Source: Octopus sinensis
Taxonomy: Eukaryota
Reading direction: 5' to 3'
Assembly (NCBI RefSeq): GCF_006345805.1
Contig: NW_021833100.1
Coordinates: 1 to 59,453, forward strand
Length of the DNA: 59,453 bases
The notes under the pieces were generated by a model. It searched no databases. It was not told the DNA's origin and saw only the letters and a list, made by a program, of their open reading frames with translations. The translations under genes and the position numbers were made by a program. Below, in pieces: positions 24,113 through 37,753 of the stretch (the stretch's first letter is position 1; each line of letters opens with the position of its first letter).

Positions 24113-26088
24113 TTCCGTAGTTTTATTTTTATAGCGTGCTTTCACTTCACTACCGAGCGCAGCTCTGTGTGCCTCAGGTATGTGCTGTGATTTGTTGTGA
24201 TGCTCTGATGGTTATTGTATGGAAAGTGTTCTGCGTAGGATGTGTGCAGTGCCTAGTAGTGCAATTTTCTGTATGTTATATGTGTTTGTAAGTCCTGGTG
24301 TTTTTGTTATGTATTTGTCTGAATATTTTTTTATCATGCCTAATGCACCTACTATGATAGGAATTGTTTCTGTTTTTAGATTCCACATTCTGGTTACCTC
24401 TATTTCCAGGTCTTTGTTTTTTGAAAGTTTCTCCATTTCTTCTAGAGACACGTTGTCATCTGCCGGTATTGATACATCAATTAGAAAGCATTTTTTTTCT
24501 TCATGATCTCTGACAACTATATCTGGTCTGTTGGCCTTAATTTTCTATCTGTGTGTATCGGCATATCCCAGAGTATGGTTGCTTTCTCGTTTTCTGTGAC
24601 CTTTTCTGGTGTGTGCCTATACCATCTTTTTTCTGTTGTTATTCCATAATGTTGGCATAGCTTCCAGTGTATGTATGTTCCAACTATGTCATGTCTGTGA
24701 ATATATTCCTTCTTAGCCAGGACTGGGCAGCCAGAGATAATATGATTAATTGTTTCTTGTCCATCTCCACATATTCTGCAGTTACTTGTTATATTTCTTT
24801 TCATTACATGTTTTTGGTAATTTCTGGTGGGGAGGCTTTAGTCTTGTGCTGCAATTAAAAATCCCTCTGTCTCTGCTTTGAGTCCTGAGCTTCTCAACCA
24901 TTGCTGGGATTTTTCTTTGTCTATTTCTTTTGCGTTTAGTTTAGTTCAGTATTTACCATGAAGGGGCTTTTCTTGCCATCGTTTTATCATGGTTCTTAGC
25001 TGTTCTAGTTTTAGTTTGGATTTCATTTGTTTTATAGCTTTTGTTGTTTCTTCTTCTTCTTCATATTTATTAGGTGGTATGATTTCTTGTTTGTATTTGT
25101 CAGCTTCCTTAAATACTGAGAACAGTTTTTTGTTTTGCTCGTGTTTTGCCGCTATTTGTATCAGTTTTCCTTCACACTGAAGTAGATATTTTGGCAGTTC
25201 TATGGTGGTTATTTTAAAGTAGTTTTCCAGCTGTATAAGGCCTCTACCACCTTCTATACGTTGTATATATATAGTCTTTCTATGTCAGATTTTGGGTGAT
25301 GCATCCTAGACCCTGTCATTATTTTTCTTGTTTTCCTATCTATTTTGGTCAGTTCATTTAGTGTCCAGTTAAGGATATTGTAGCTGTAACTTATAACTGC
25401 GACAGCTAAAGTGTTAATACCTATTATCTTGTTTTTAGCATTGAGCTCTGTTTTTAGTATTGATCTAACTCGTCTATAATATTCTTTTTTTATTTTCTCC
25501 TTCATTTGTGTGTGTTGTGTCTTATCTAGTTCATGGATTCCTAAGTATTTGTAAGTTTGGCTTTGGTCTAATTCTTTTATTTCATTGGTTTTATCTAGTG
25601 TGATGTTGCTACTCTTAACTAGTTTTCCTCTTTTCAGGGTTACTTTAGCGCATTTTTCTAATCCAAATTTCATATCTATTTCTTGGGTAAATCCATGAAC
25701 TGTCTTTAATAGTGTTTCCAGCTGTTTGTCATCTGCAGCGAATAGTTTTAGGTCATCCATATATAAAAGGTGGCTGATCGTTTTGCTGTAACATTTTTAT
25801 CCGCATCCAGTTCTATTTAGCATATCAGATAGAGGTGACAGTGCCAAGCAGAAAAGGAGTGGAGAGAGCGTGTCTCCTTGGAATATTCCTCTTCTAATGG
25901 GGATGGTATTGGTTTTCATGAGTCCCTCTTTTGTTTGGAGGTGTAGGACTGTTTGCGATTTATCCATAGAGTGCCCTATGAGTTTTATAATTGTTGATGC
26001 TACTTTGCTAATGGCTAGTGTTTCGAGGATCCATGTGTGGGGGATGCTATCAAACGCCTTTTTGTTACTATCAAAGGCCTTTTTGTGC

Positions 26089-26090
<2 letters not shown>
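24113..26090 (-). mobile_element. R4/Dong-like family 1 retrotransposon, ~2 kb, 5'-truncated pseudogene (RT, CCHC, RLE)
   Basis: AFDSIPH, GIFQGDTLSPLLFC, YMDDLKLFA, YKYLG (RT); CRICG...ETINHIISGC...RHD (Zn knuckle); ILWD...RPD...LIDVSIP (RLE); frameshifted; flanked by (ATT)n. Confidence 0.92.
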
Positions 26091-26139
<49 letters not shown>

Positions 26140-26174
26140 GATTATTATTATTATTATCATCATCATCATCATCG

Positions 26175-26591
26175 TTATTTTATGTTTGACTTTTGCTTTG
26201 CATTTGTACAAATTGGCTCCAACTCTCGCCCAGAGACCTCAACAGACAACAAGTTAGAAGTTCATGTTGGTGTTATGCCTAGGGTGCCATATATTTGGTT
26301 TTGTACATAGTGTTGTTCTAGAGAATGTTTAAGAAACCATAAGAAATTTATGAGTTTGTTTTAAAATTTTAGATTACATAGGCAGTATTTTACGTAGGAC
26401 ATAGGTAGTTCCCATGAGCATTATCTTTGGAACTTCTGTCATTTGGGGGTTTCCTGGTATCTGAGCTAGGTAGCAATCAGCACCTTTTGCTATAATTCCT
26501 AGGGGAACATATATTGTTTTAGCCTTGAGGTTTCACATTTTGCCAATTTCTATTTCAAGATCTTTATACTTGCTCAGTTTTTGGTAGGTCT
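26175..26591 (-). mobile_element. R4/Dong-like family 2 3' fragment
   Basis: Close match to 6600-7020 (3' UTR and TYQKLSKYKDLEIEI region). Confidence 0.88.
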
Positions 26592-26610
26592 ATTATCATT
26601 ATTATTATTA

Positions 26611-26852
26611 TTGAGTGAGAGAGCAGTGCATGCCATCAAAGTGACACTGGGGTAAAATATACGAAGCCCAATATACCCATCATGACTACCCGTCTGATAA
26701 GGGTACACCAGGCACATGCATCACAACCATATGTGCGCGACATGGTGATCTCATATCAAGATAAACAGCACATGACCTTGCAGGTGGGGTCCAGTTAGAA
26801 TTTTTTCTTCAGGTTGAGTAGCCCATCCCGCTCAAAAGGTCTCTGAATAAGG

Positions 26853-26914
<62 letters not shown>

Positions 26915-27161
26915 CCTTATTGGGTGAGAGAGCAGTGCATGCCATCAAAGTGACACTGGGGTAAAATATACGAAGCCCACTATACCCACCATGACTATCC
27001 GTCTGCTGAGGGTACGCCAGGCACATGCATCACAACCATAATGTGCGTGACATGGTGATCTCATATCAAGATAAACAGCACATGACCTTGCAGGTGGGGT
27101 CCAGTTAGAATTTTCTTCATGTTGAGTAGCCCATCCCGCTCAAAAGGTCTCTGAATAAGGG

Positions 27162-27214
<53 letters not shown>

Positions 27215-27455
27215 CCTTATTGGGTGAGAGAGCAGTGCATGCCATCAAAGTGACACTGGGGTAAAATATACGAAGCCCAGTATACCCACCATGACTACCC
27301 GTCTGATGAGGGTACGCCAGGCACATGCATCACAATCATAATGTGCGTGACATGGTGATCTTATATCAAGACAAAAAGCGCATGACATTGCAAGTGGGGC
27401 TCAGTTAGAATTTTCTTCATCTTGAGTAGTCCATACCGCTCAAAAGGTCCCTGAT
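26611..27455 (-). mobile_element. Three ~240-bp copies of an (AAT)n-tailed non-coding retroelement (family X), separated by (ATT)n
   Basis: Copies at 26611-26853, 26921-27162 and 27221-27455; reverse complement of the 3' part of 44140-44700. Confidence 0.85.
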
Positions 27456-29378
27456 TAAGAAGGAAGATGACGTCTGCGGATTCTTCCTTCACCATCCTCC
27501 CAAGAAATGTGGGTGGAAAAAGTGGTTAGATGGATAATTAATAAGTTAGTCTGGAGAAATGGGAGATGCACATGGTTTCTGTTGAACCATCATGGTTTCC
27601 AAGGTCAATGTGGCTAATGTTCTTATTAACTAATAACAGGAAGATATTGACCGAAAGGAAGTTCCAGTGGGCGATATTCTGTGGAAAAAGAACCGAAATT
27701 ATTGGTAAATTTTTAGTTTTGAACGGTCGCCATCTAACAGTTGATGCGTTAAGGGGTCCCGTCCCCAAAACTGTCATTGGCAGACCTTATTCAGTTAACC
27801 AGAACAGCAATCATTCTGCATAATGTCATCCTCTGTTTTTCCTCTTTCCTTCTTTCTCTATGTTTCATTTTCTCTCCCAGTCTATCTATTTCTCTCCTTT
27901 ATCAATTATGTTTTTAATTTAATTAGTTATCCAATGGCGACACTAAGCTAGTACTTGCCGGATTTGATCGACTAACCACTTCATTAACAACAATATATCT
28001 GGTGAACTTTTATTTTGAGTTGACAGCGCCCTATTCCCAAAGCTGGTTGCAATTTGATGATACAACTACACGAACAATCGACACAAGAACATCCAAAGAG
28101 AAATTTATTGAATATATAATGTGAAGTAGAAATTTAAAACAAAATCTATTTCAAAACCATACAAGAGTCCCTATTAATAATATTACACTATTAATCGATT
28201 TTAATGATTGGCAGCGTTACATCTAACTTGGCTGTGTTCAAAACGAAAATGTGCGTGAGGAAAGCGTTATTATCACTATGGGTAATCATAAATAATAATT
28301 AATGCATGGTAATATGTTTGTAGATCATATCGTCATTAAATGCTTGAAAATATTTTCTGAGCATATGATCCGATCGTTACTATGAATGTTGACTCATCCA
28401 AACAGACCTTCCATTCTGCACAAAGTCACTTTGCAAATATTACAAAGAGGAGAGGATGTGGGCGATCACTGGAGCAAATCTGATTGCTACCATTGAGAAA
28501 GATTAAAAGAGGGCATAAAATCGACCGGAGCCATTACAATGTTGTCTTTGTAATAAATGATAAAGTAGTTGGTTTTCCAATGTAAATTCAGCAAACTGTT
28601 TGAATATGAGATCCCTATGTAATTGTTGCGGAGTGAAATGTCTAACTGAATCAATTCGAATAGTTGTGCAATAAGCATTGAAAATAGAGCTTTGCCGATC
28701 AGATCACAACGTGTGACATATCAAAGGAAAATATTACATTTGGTCAATGTAATCATAGCCGTCACACGTAAACCTTGGTCTCTACTGAAATCTCTGCCAG
28801 TGAGCGTCAAATTCGATAGAGTAAATAAAGTGGCTTTCATACCAAAATTCCTCGACATATTATTTGCTTCTTATTTCTCCGGGCAGAATAACGAAATATA
28901 CGATGGACAATAATTTGGTTCACGCCTGATAAGTTCCATCTGCATTGTAAGTGAAGTGTTATCATTCCTGTTGAACGGCAGGTTACAAACATTGGTCTAA
29001 AACCAACCAAAGGGTGCAAAATAGATTTCCTGGGGCTTTAATGGAATTTATCAATTTTAACTCTACACTTCCATTTTCTGAAACCGATTTTTTACGATAA
29101 AAGAATGGAACATTACGAAAATATCTAAAATATATGATATTTAATTATTAAACAGCTTATTAGTTTATTTTCTGATGTCTAATGAGTATTTCTCAAACAA
29201 TCATTAATGAACAAATTTAGAAAGGATAAAAAAAAATATTGAATAAGGATTTGAACGTGTTTTCCTATTTATCAAAGACAAGTGATCGGCTAATGTATTA
29301 TTGATTAATCTTCATTCTTCGATAACCCTTTCACTGACATTTCTTCTCTCTCTCTCTCTCTCTCTCTCTACCTCTATC

Positions 29379-29414
<36 letters not shown>

Positions 29415-29582
29415 TATTATTATTATTATTATTACTATTATTATTATTATTATTAGTAGTATTATTATTATTCCTTTTACTCAATGTTTTCTATTTCTTT
29501 TGATAAAACCCGCATGAGTGGCTCAGAGTGGAAATGTAATCAAACGTTCACACTGATTACATAGTTAACATAGAAAACACAT

Positions 29583-29668
<86 letters not shown>

Positions 29669-32095
29669 CACACACACAATCATGCATACGTGCATTATAT
29701 GTATATATGCCTGTGTATGTATGCATATGTATACATGTGTATTATAAACGCACACACATATAAACATATATATATATATACGGTTATGTACATATACTAT
29801 ATAAAAAATGTGTGTGTGTATATATATATATATATATACATGCATACATATATACATGCATACATAAATATATATATATATACATGCATACATAAATGTA
29901 TATATATATGTATATATATGTACAGGGACACATACACACACACTTACATGCATACACACATACATACATACTTACATCCATCCATCCATACATACATACA
30001 TACGCACATACATACATACTTACATCCATTCATCCATCCACACATACATACATATGAACACAAGCAAATATAAACCACATTCATTATTGATCTTGTATCG
30101 GAGATTGTTAGCGTCGGCAATTGAAGTTGTTTTCCTCGTTGTCGAATTTAACTTTCTCTTCCGCCATTTCTTGTCACACTGGCGCAGTACATGAAACGCT
30201 TGCCTAAGCATTTACCGGTTTGAGTGCAGATGTGTTTGCTTGTATAGTTAAATGTCAATTTTTAGTGGTTTTATTTCTATAAGAGTAGCATTTATTTTGT
30301 AACTTATAACCGAAATGCACTTATAACTAACCTTAACCTTAGTTGTATTGATAAATATTTTCTTTTTGTACATATTTCAAGGCGTGACTTTTCTGATCAG
30401 TATTATGAAGTCAGTTTACAGTATCGCCCCAGGGGAGCTTTGATAATATAATATTTTATTTTCAGCTTTTGGTGGTTTCAGCTGATGTTTTATTAGTTAT
30501 TGGATCAGTTCGATTCATATCAATTCCTCGAGGTACTTTGGTTGTGTGGAACAAAGCAGTTCAATGGATCTACACAATAGAATAATTGTAGGCAGACATC
30601 TGTTTATTTATCTGCAAACTTTCATTTCTTATTCACTAAATATTTTGATATTTCGTTAGGCTTCCGGTTTTCAGATACAGAAACATGCTAGTTAACACTT
30701 AATAAAGTTGTTTGTATTGAAATAGTTAATTATTACGCTCAGCCCACTTCCTTAATTTAAAGAGTCACCTAGCATTTGTATTATAAATTATTAAAACACA
30801 GGTGCTGTTTGATTACCAAAATAGGCAAGTTTTGCAAACAAAAATGATATAATAAATAGAATAGAATGGTCGAGACTACTGCTAAAGTATGTAACGATAT
30901 ATGAAACATCGAACAGTCAAAGACTCGGTAGGATTTGATTGAGTTCTGAATATAGATGGGAGAATCTAAAGACTATAAAACACTATTAAGAGCCGAGAGA
31001 TATGCTTGGCTGTTTGTCTTCAATCTCCAGACTCTCCATGGTACATTGAATATTAGAAATTAAATGTGGTAGCGTTTGTATAACATTTCTACTTGCCATT
31101 TACTATACAGAAACAGACACGTAGACACACGCACACACACATAAATTTGTGTGTGTGTGTGTGTGTTGTAAAAATGATCAACCTGACTAGTTTCTCGTCT
31201 TTTCCGCTGTTCATTAGGGAAACATTCATTTTGTTAATCTGGAAGTTGTGAATTTCTGTCTAGAAACAGGAACATGTTTAAACTAATCTCACTAACTTGA
31301 CTAAAAATACATTCCCAGCAACATAGATTAATTGGTATAGATAATAATATTCGGGGGTGGAGAAGCTAGATAATCTTTTCTCTAATAAGTCTAGAAACTA
31401 GTTACACGATGCCTTTTACCGTGAGGAAGCCACTATGCAGAGCTCTTACAGAGAGGCTATTTTGTGTAGGTTAAAAAGAAGTAGTTCATTTGTCCAATTT
31501 TGGGAAACAGCATATGTAGTGTACTGTTAATTTATACACAGAGAATCAAACACAGGAAAATATTTAAATGCATATGTGTATGTGCATGAATGAATGTACA
31601 TATGCATAAGTATGTATATGTATGTATATATATACACGAATGTGTGTGTGTATGTTAGAATTGTAAGCAGGATGGTATAACTTTTAAAAATAGTTCATAT
31701 TTTAATTAATTTCAACGCCTGTTTCATTAAGAATAACTATCATTAACCAATAACACCTATTCCTAATTAAACAGGTTTTGAAATAATTCAATTATGAACC
31801 ATATATTAAATTTATGCTTTTTCTGATTCTTTGTTTTAAATCTACGTCGCTTTTATGGATAGCTTTCGCCGTTTATGTTTATTCGTGCAAGACTTTTCCA
31901 TCTAGATTTACAGTAATGTCACAACATGTTGCTACTAATTGAACTATTAATTCCCTTGGATAAAACTTTTGATGTTTTACACTTCATCTGTTTATATATA
32001 TATATATCCTCCAGCTGGCCAACGACACACTGTCTGTGTCCAATTAGTATTTGCGAGGGGAATCCTCATTCCCATCTCTAGTCTTACGTGATTCA

Positions 32096-32136
32096 CACAA
32101 ACCCGGATTTCTGGGTAGTAAGCCGTCATCAGTGTG
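32096..32136 (-). ncRNA. Putative minimal type I hammerhead, slightly decayed
   Basis: Minus strand caca-CTGATGA-cggcttactaccca-GAAA-tccgg-GTT-tgtg; near-palindromic stem III; closing pair of stem II mismatched. Confidence 0.5.
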
Positions 32137-32486
32137 AGGTAATCACGAGCTAGTGTCGAAAACGCATTCCACACGCAAAGTACTATGTGCTTTTTCCAAT
32201 GACAAACTGTTGCTGATCTTGTGAGATGAATGTGAGACTAGGTGGAGATACAAGTACAAGTGTGCATATTTTTCGCATAATGAATTAGGAAAGGATTAAT
32301 TAACGTTGCTAATTAATGACATGGTGAACATGTACTCAATACAATCAGGACTTGTCTGGAGAAGTAGCTGCACGCCGTAAGCGGAAAACCATCTTGGGAT
32401 ATTTAATCTTTTGTCATCTTGTTACTCTTTAGAATGGTGATGAAGGATCGAATTTTGTGGATGAAATTGTCATGTGTATTTATATG
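32134..32486. repeat. Left arm of ~353-bp inverted repeat
   Basis: Reverse complement of 34712-35064 with few differences. Confidence 0.92.
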
Positions 32487-33831
32487 TGAGGGTCCAAATA
32501 GTTTTTAGTATTTGAATACATTAATTTGATTATATGAGAGATTGGAAAGAGATGCGTTAACATGTGAGTGTAGGTTAGTTACTTGGCGTTATCATCGTGA
32601 TGTGACATTTCTTAAAGTCACGCGTGATGTGACCTTTGGTAAAGATGCTGACGCTGCTTGTTACTCCTTACAGATTTTTACTGATTTTTAGTGGTTTTTC
32701 TTGAATACAAATATTTATGACTTTTCTGCTTTTCTTTGGAATATTCTATTCGCGATTTCGCTGTTTTATTTCTTGCTTGCAAGTTGTATTTCTGTTACAT
32801 TTTTTTTTTTTTGTAATGTTTCAGGCTACCATTAATTTTATCAAATTGTCTATTTGTATTGTGTAAGTTTATCTATCTTTACCAAGTTTTTCACAAACAA
32901 GATCGAAGATCCAGTGATAAAATATCGACATAAAAATATAAGATCAACCAACTGATTAACACAAAGAATGAAACTAACTTCGTATTGATGAATCCGCAGA
33001 AAATAGTTAATAAGAAAAGACAAAATGTAGAAAATCTTAATAAAAAAACCCTCGCAACAGAAAATACAAAGTAACATAACTGTATTCAAACACCAGAAAT
33101 AGTAATACAACACAGAAACTCAGAAATATATTCTTATTTCCATTTCAAGTTTCCAGTTCTAAAAACAATATCTCCGCCCTTACAATGTCCATAACAAGGG
33201 ACCAAACACACAATATAGACATCGTCAACTGCCAGAGAGAATGCAGCACGTAGTGTTTTAACGCATGAATATATTTCACTAGAAAATTGATAGCGATAAG
33301 TCATCTTCATCAAAATAAAACATCATTATCGTACAATATTGGTGCCTATGACAACGCTACAACTCCAAAGCATGAAATTGAAATGCCACCACTTTATATT
33401 CTAATAATATGGGGCAGGAAGATTCATGGAACCGGCATGTGACATATATAATCTCATTCCTCCAATACACAGTGACACAAAGAGCATGATATAATAACAA
33501 ATCAATCAACGCGGATAGCGTAACATCGCGTGGATATAACATAATATATAAAAATATTGATATATAAAGGTAAGGTTCAGGGATCTAAGTGTAGGAAGTT
33601 TTTAAGCTTCAAGCGGTCGGTGGCAGATATGGAAAGAGAAAGTGGACGGTGTACGATCAGGAACAATAACAATTTATTGGCAGCGAAGGTTACACGTTTT
33701 ACCATATCGAAGTTATGAGAAAATTCGACAAGCTAAACGTTTCTATATGGCCGGCTCATGGTTAACAATTATAGTGGTTACAAATACAAATAAAAACCCA
33801 AATTGAAGGAGCGGAACTAGTAAAAGGCAGA

Positions 33832-34042
33832 GCTACATATGTTTCTTAGCTACCGATCCTGGGATGTAATAATTTCTCAATGACGAGTACTCGACTGAGC
33901 TAATCATCAGGCTGATAATACCTTAGCTAAATATAATCTTTATTTAACTAAGGTATTATCGGTTTCATGATTAGTTAAGTTGTGTACCGGTTGCTGAATA
34001 ATTATTACATCAGAGACGCAGTTAGCTAAAAATCATATGTAG
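33832..34042. repeat. Imperfect ~210-bp palindrome
   Basis: ctacatatg..ttagcta...gatgtaataatt...gataataccttag / ctaaggtattatc...aattattacatc...tagctaa..catatgtag. Confidence 0.8.
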
Positions 34043-34075
34043 TGTGCATTTTACCTGTTCTACTCCCTCAATTTA

Positions 34076-34114
<39 letters not shown>

Positions 34115-34711
34115 CGCGCGCGCGTATGTATATGTGTATATATGTATGTATATATGCATTTATATATATTTGTATATTTGTATATGTACGAATGTATGTA
34201 TGCATATATGTAGATATGTACGTATGTATGCATGTATGTATGCATCTATACACACACACATATCGAAGTCGATGTTACCGATCTTCATTCAAATGATGTT
34301 ACTTAACGCACTTCAAACAACAAAACCACATCATTAAGCTAAAGTTTCAATGGAGACGAAATATTCAACGCAAAGCAATTCACATAACACATAAGTCGCA
34401 GTATGCATTTCCACTCAACTCACTTTCTCTTCTAAACAATCCACACTGATCTACCCACACTTGTGATCAACAAAACAGCTCAATCTCTTTCCGGTTATCC
34501 TCTTTGCTTCATACTTACCTCAACAACAGTTTATCGAATTTTCCTTGGTCCCTTTCTCATCATTATCATAAACACATCACATACTAATGAAATAAACTCA
34601 TTTCTAAATTTGAAAAATGCCCGGTGAAAATCACTTCGATCGTGAGATGAAACTTTAGAGGGTTCCACTGCACAATTACCAACTTCCCAACTCTGGTTTC
34701 ATATATATATG

Positions 34712-35064
34712 CATATAAATACACATGACAATTTCATCCACAAAATTCGATCCATCAACACCATTCTAAAGAGTAACAAGATGACAAAAGATTAAATATC
34801 GCAAGACAATTTTCCGCTTATGGCGTGCAGCTACTTCTTCAGACAAGTCCTGATTGTATTGAGTACATGTTCACCATGTCATTAATTAGCAACGTTAATT
34901 AATCCTTTCCTAATTTATTATGCGAAAAATATGCACACCTGTACTTGTATCTCAACCTAGTCTCACATTCATCTCACAAGATCAGCGACAGTTTGTCATT
35001 GGAAAAAGCACGTAGTACTTAGCGTGTGCAATGCGTTTTCGACACTAGCTCGTGATTACCTCAC
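34712..35064. repeat. Right arm of ~353-bp inverted repeat
   Basis: Reverse complement of 32134-32486. Confidence 0.92.
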
Positions 35065-35225
35065 CTTTCCTCTTATACGCAAATGACTCAAATGAAATTG
35101 AGACTAAGCACGCTCACACCTATGTAGAGGACATCACCCTTCGTGTCTCCCCAACCCTCGGAAGCAGGTGGCATCAGTTTACATCCTAGATATATCTCAA
35201 CAAATCTCTATTGACTCCATAAACG
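35065..35225 (+). mobile_element. Decayed LINE RT fragment
   Basis: FLLYAND...HTYVEDITL resembles LF.LY.nD...YADDi. Confidence 0.4.
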
Positions 35226-35227
35226 AA

Positions 35228-35465
35228 AACCTATTTCTTTACTACCCACAGGGGGGTAAACACAGAGGGGACAAACAAGGACAGCCAAACGGATTAAGTC
35301 GATTACATTGACACCAGTGCGTAACTGGTACTTATTTAATCGACCCCGAAAGGATGAAAGGCAAAGTCGACCACGGCAGAATTTGAACTCACAACGTATC
35401 GGCAGACGAAATACCGCTAAGCACTTCGCTCGGCGTGCTAACGTTTCTGCCAACTCGCCGCCTTT
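35228..35465 (-). mobile_element. SINE family A copy
   Basis: Reverse complement of the 4829 element. Confidence 0.88.
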
Positions 35466-36418
35466 AAACGAAGACCGCAAAGTTATATTCCAATGCGTCC
35501 CAGACAACCACGTGTAACGATATACCCACAACATATCTCAATGATATTTCTCAGATAGGCACAGGCTGACCATATATGTTACTGAAGAGCAGCGGTTCAA
35601 TGGATCACATTTTAACCCCAGTATATGACGGGCATATTTTCATCGATTCAGGTACGAGCAAAAAGAGAGCCTGCCTCGGCGAATCTAACAAGATAGAAGG
35701 ATGCACAACAGATTCTGCCAAGCAGCGTTCTCAGCAATTACTGATTTCGAACATTAGCAGACGACAAGATATTTTAGGTGAAGGTCATAAATGGTTACTC
35801 GTAAGCTCAAAATGTCACAGATACTAATTCTATAGACCCCGTAATTAGGAAAGACAAATTCAATGTGACAGAATTTGAACTTAGAACGTAAATAAGGAAC
35901 AGAAATCACTGCATTCGCCTCTCCATCGATTCTACTCCCCAGTATCGCCTTCCATAATTATCCTTATTAATAAATGTCATTAATATAACATTTCATTGTT
36001 TCATTATTTGTCACCTTAATGAGTTGAAATATTAGTGGAAAACATTCAGTTATTAAACAATAATGGCGCCGGCAAAATATTAATAACGTCGCAAAGCTTT
36101 ACTCGACTCCATTCAAAGGTAATTTGCCGCATTGCTATAAATTATAAAGCAAATTTTAAAGCAGAGCAATTTAGAACCTTTTTATATTGTTGTTGTTGTA
36201 GTTTTCTAGTTATTATTGTTGCTGACCTTGTTGTTCTGCGATAATTCATGTTGAATCTTCATTAAACGCTATTCGAGAAATGAGGTGGAAGATCACATCG
36301 TACGTTGGTTTGTGAAATAAATCAAAAACCAGATTAAACACTATTCCGAACTAAATAACAACAACGATTCTTAGGTGATTATCATCTCTCTCTTATCTCT
36401 CTCGCTTCTTTCACTCTC

Positions 36419-36463
<45 letters not shown>

Positions 36464-37044
36464 TTCTTCTCTTTGCTTCTCCATCACCAGATCTTTTATC
36501 TTTTACTTGTTTCAGTAATTGCACTGCGGTCATGCTGGAGCACTACCTTGCTGTGTATTTTGTGTCTATATCTATTCACTAATTCTAGCATCATGTTTCG
36601 AAAGCGCAAACGCGGTATCTATTTTAAGGACGAACTCTAAAACACCAAAAAAAGAAAAAAATGGGGATACACTTGTGTCATCTCCTTGTAGAAGATTCTA
36701 AACAATATTCCTAAAAGACTACTGACTGCATTAAATATTAAATGTTTTATTGGAACACTGAGTCGAACAAAAAACATTTTCAGACAATATTTATAAATTC
36801 ACTCCATTACCTTACAATTACTTCCTTACCTTACAATTTTCCTTCATTTAAGTAACCCTTGTTCATAAATACTTTTAACTTCCAAACCTCTGTTTGCCTT
36901 CCGTTTCAACACACAGATGTGCATACCCATCAGTGTACACTCCTTAGAATTAATGCTATTCTAGTTATGATAGTGGCCCCTGCATTCTCATCAGCAATGC
37001 TTTCCTGTATGTGTGCTTAAATGTATTTATTTCCTCAAATAAAC

Positions 37045-37151
37045 GGTACTTAATGTTTGAGGTTCTGATGAAACTGTAAGGTGTTGCTTAGGCACTCAAG
37101 TACGAGTACACACCACTTTCAACAGAAACAGCTGTAAGTTAATGAAGTACC
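37045..37151 (+). ncRNA. Putative decayed type I hammerhead
   Basis: CTGATGA at 37065, ggtgt/acacc pairing in stem II, GAAAC-agct-GTA (palindromic acagctgt), outer ggtactt/aagtacc pairing. Confidence 0.4.
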
Positions 37152-37221
37152 TAAGATAATCGCTTATTCCACTGCCATCTTGTTTCTTATATATGTATGT
37201 GCAGATGCATATATATATATA

Positions 37222-37506
37222 TTATTTATGCGCCCTTTTCAAGCCTAGTCAGGCTCATGGGCCCGGTTTCCCGGTGTATATGTCATATGTGTTCCCCACA
37301 GCTGGACGGGACGCCATAGCAGCATTACTCAAGAAACAGGAAGAAAGAGTTAGAGAAAGTTGGGGCGAAAGAGTACAACATGGGTCACCACCAGCCCCTG
37401 CCGGAGCATCGTGGGGATTTAGGTGTTTTCGCTCAATAAACACACACAACGCCCGTTCTGGGAATCGAAACCGCGATCCTACGACCGCAAGTCCGCTGCC
37501 CTAACC
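37222..37506 (-). mobile_element. tRNA-derived SINE family C (tail type 1)
   Basis: Minus strand ggttagggcagcggacttgcggtcg...gtttcgattcccag; body shared with the 41638 copy. Confidence 0.8.
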
Positions 37507-37524
37507 ACACACACACACACACAT

Positions 37525-37575
<51 letters not shown>

Positions 37576-37713
37576 TGGACAGGTATGTGTACAAACAGAA
37601 GACAACAGTACTTAGCATATATATATATATATATATATATGCGAGTGTGTGTATTTGTGTGTCTTTTTGAGTGTGTATGTGTGTATGTGTGTGTGTATGT
37701 GTGTGTGTGTGTA

Positions 37714-37753
<40 letters not shown>

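Noticed and set aside
27300-27330. CTGATGAG in a family X copy as a hammerhead core
   Set aside because: Other copies read CTGATAAG or CTGCTGAG, and no paired stem II plus GAAA follows
30108-30167. Minus-strand ATGGCG start (MAEEKVKFDNEENNFNCRR)
   Set aside because: Stops after 19 codons with no convincing splice donor before the stop
33650-34009. Solo LTR suggested by TGTA...TACA ends and an AATAAA
   Set aside because: No target-site duplication; the right end is explained by the palindrome
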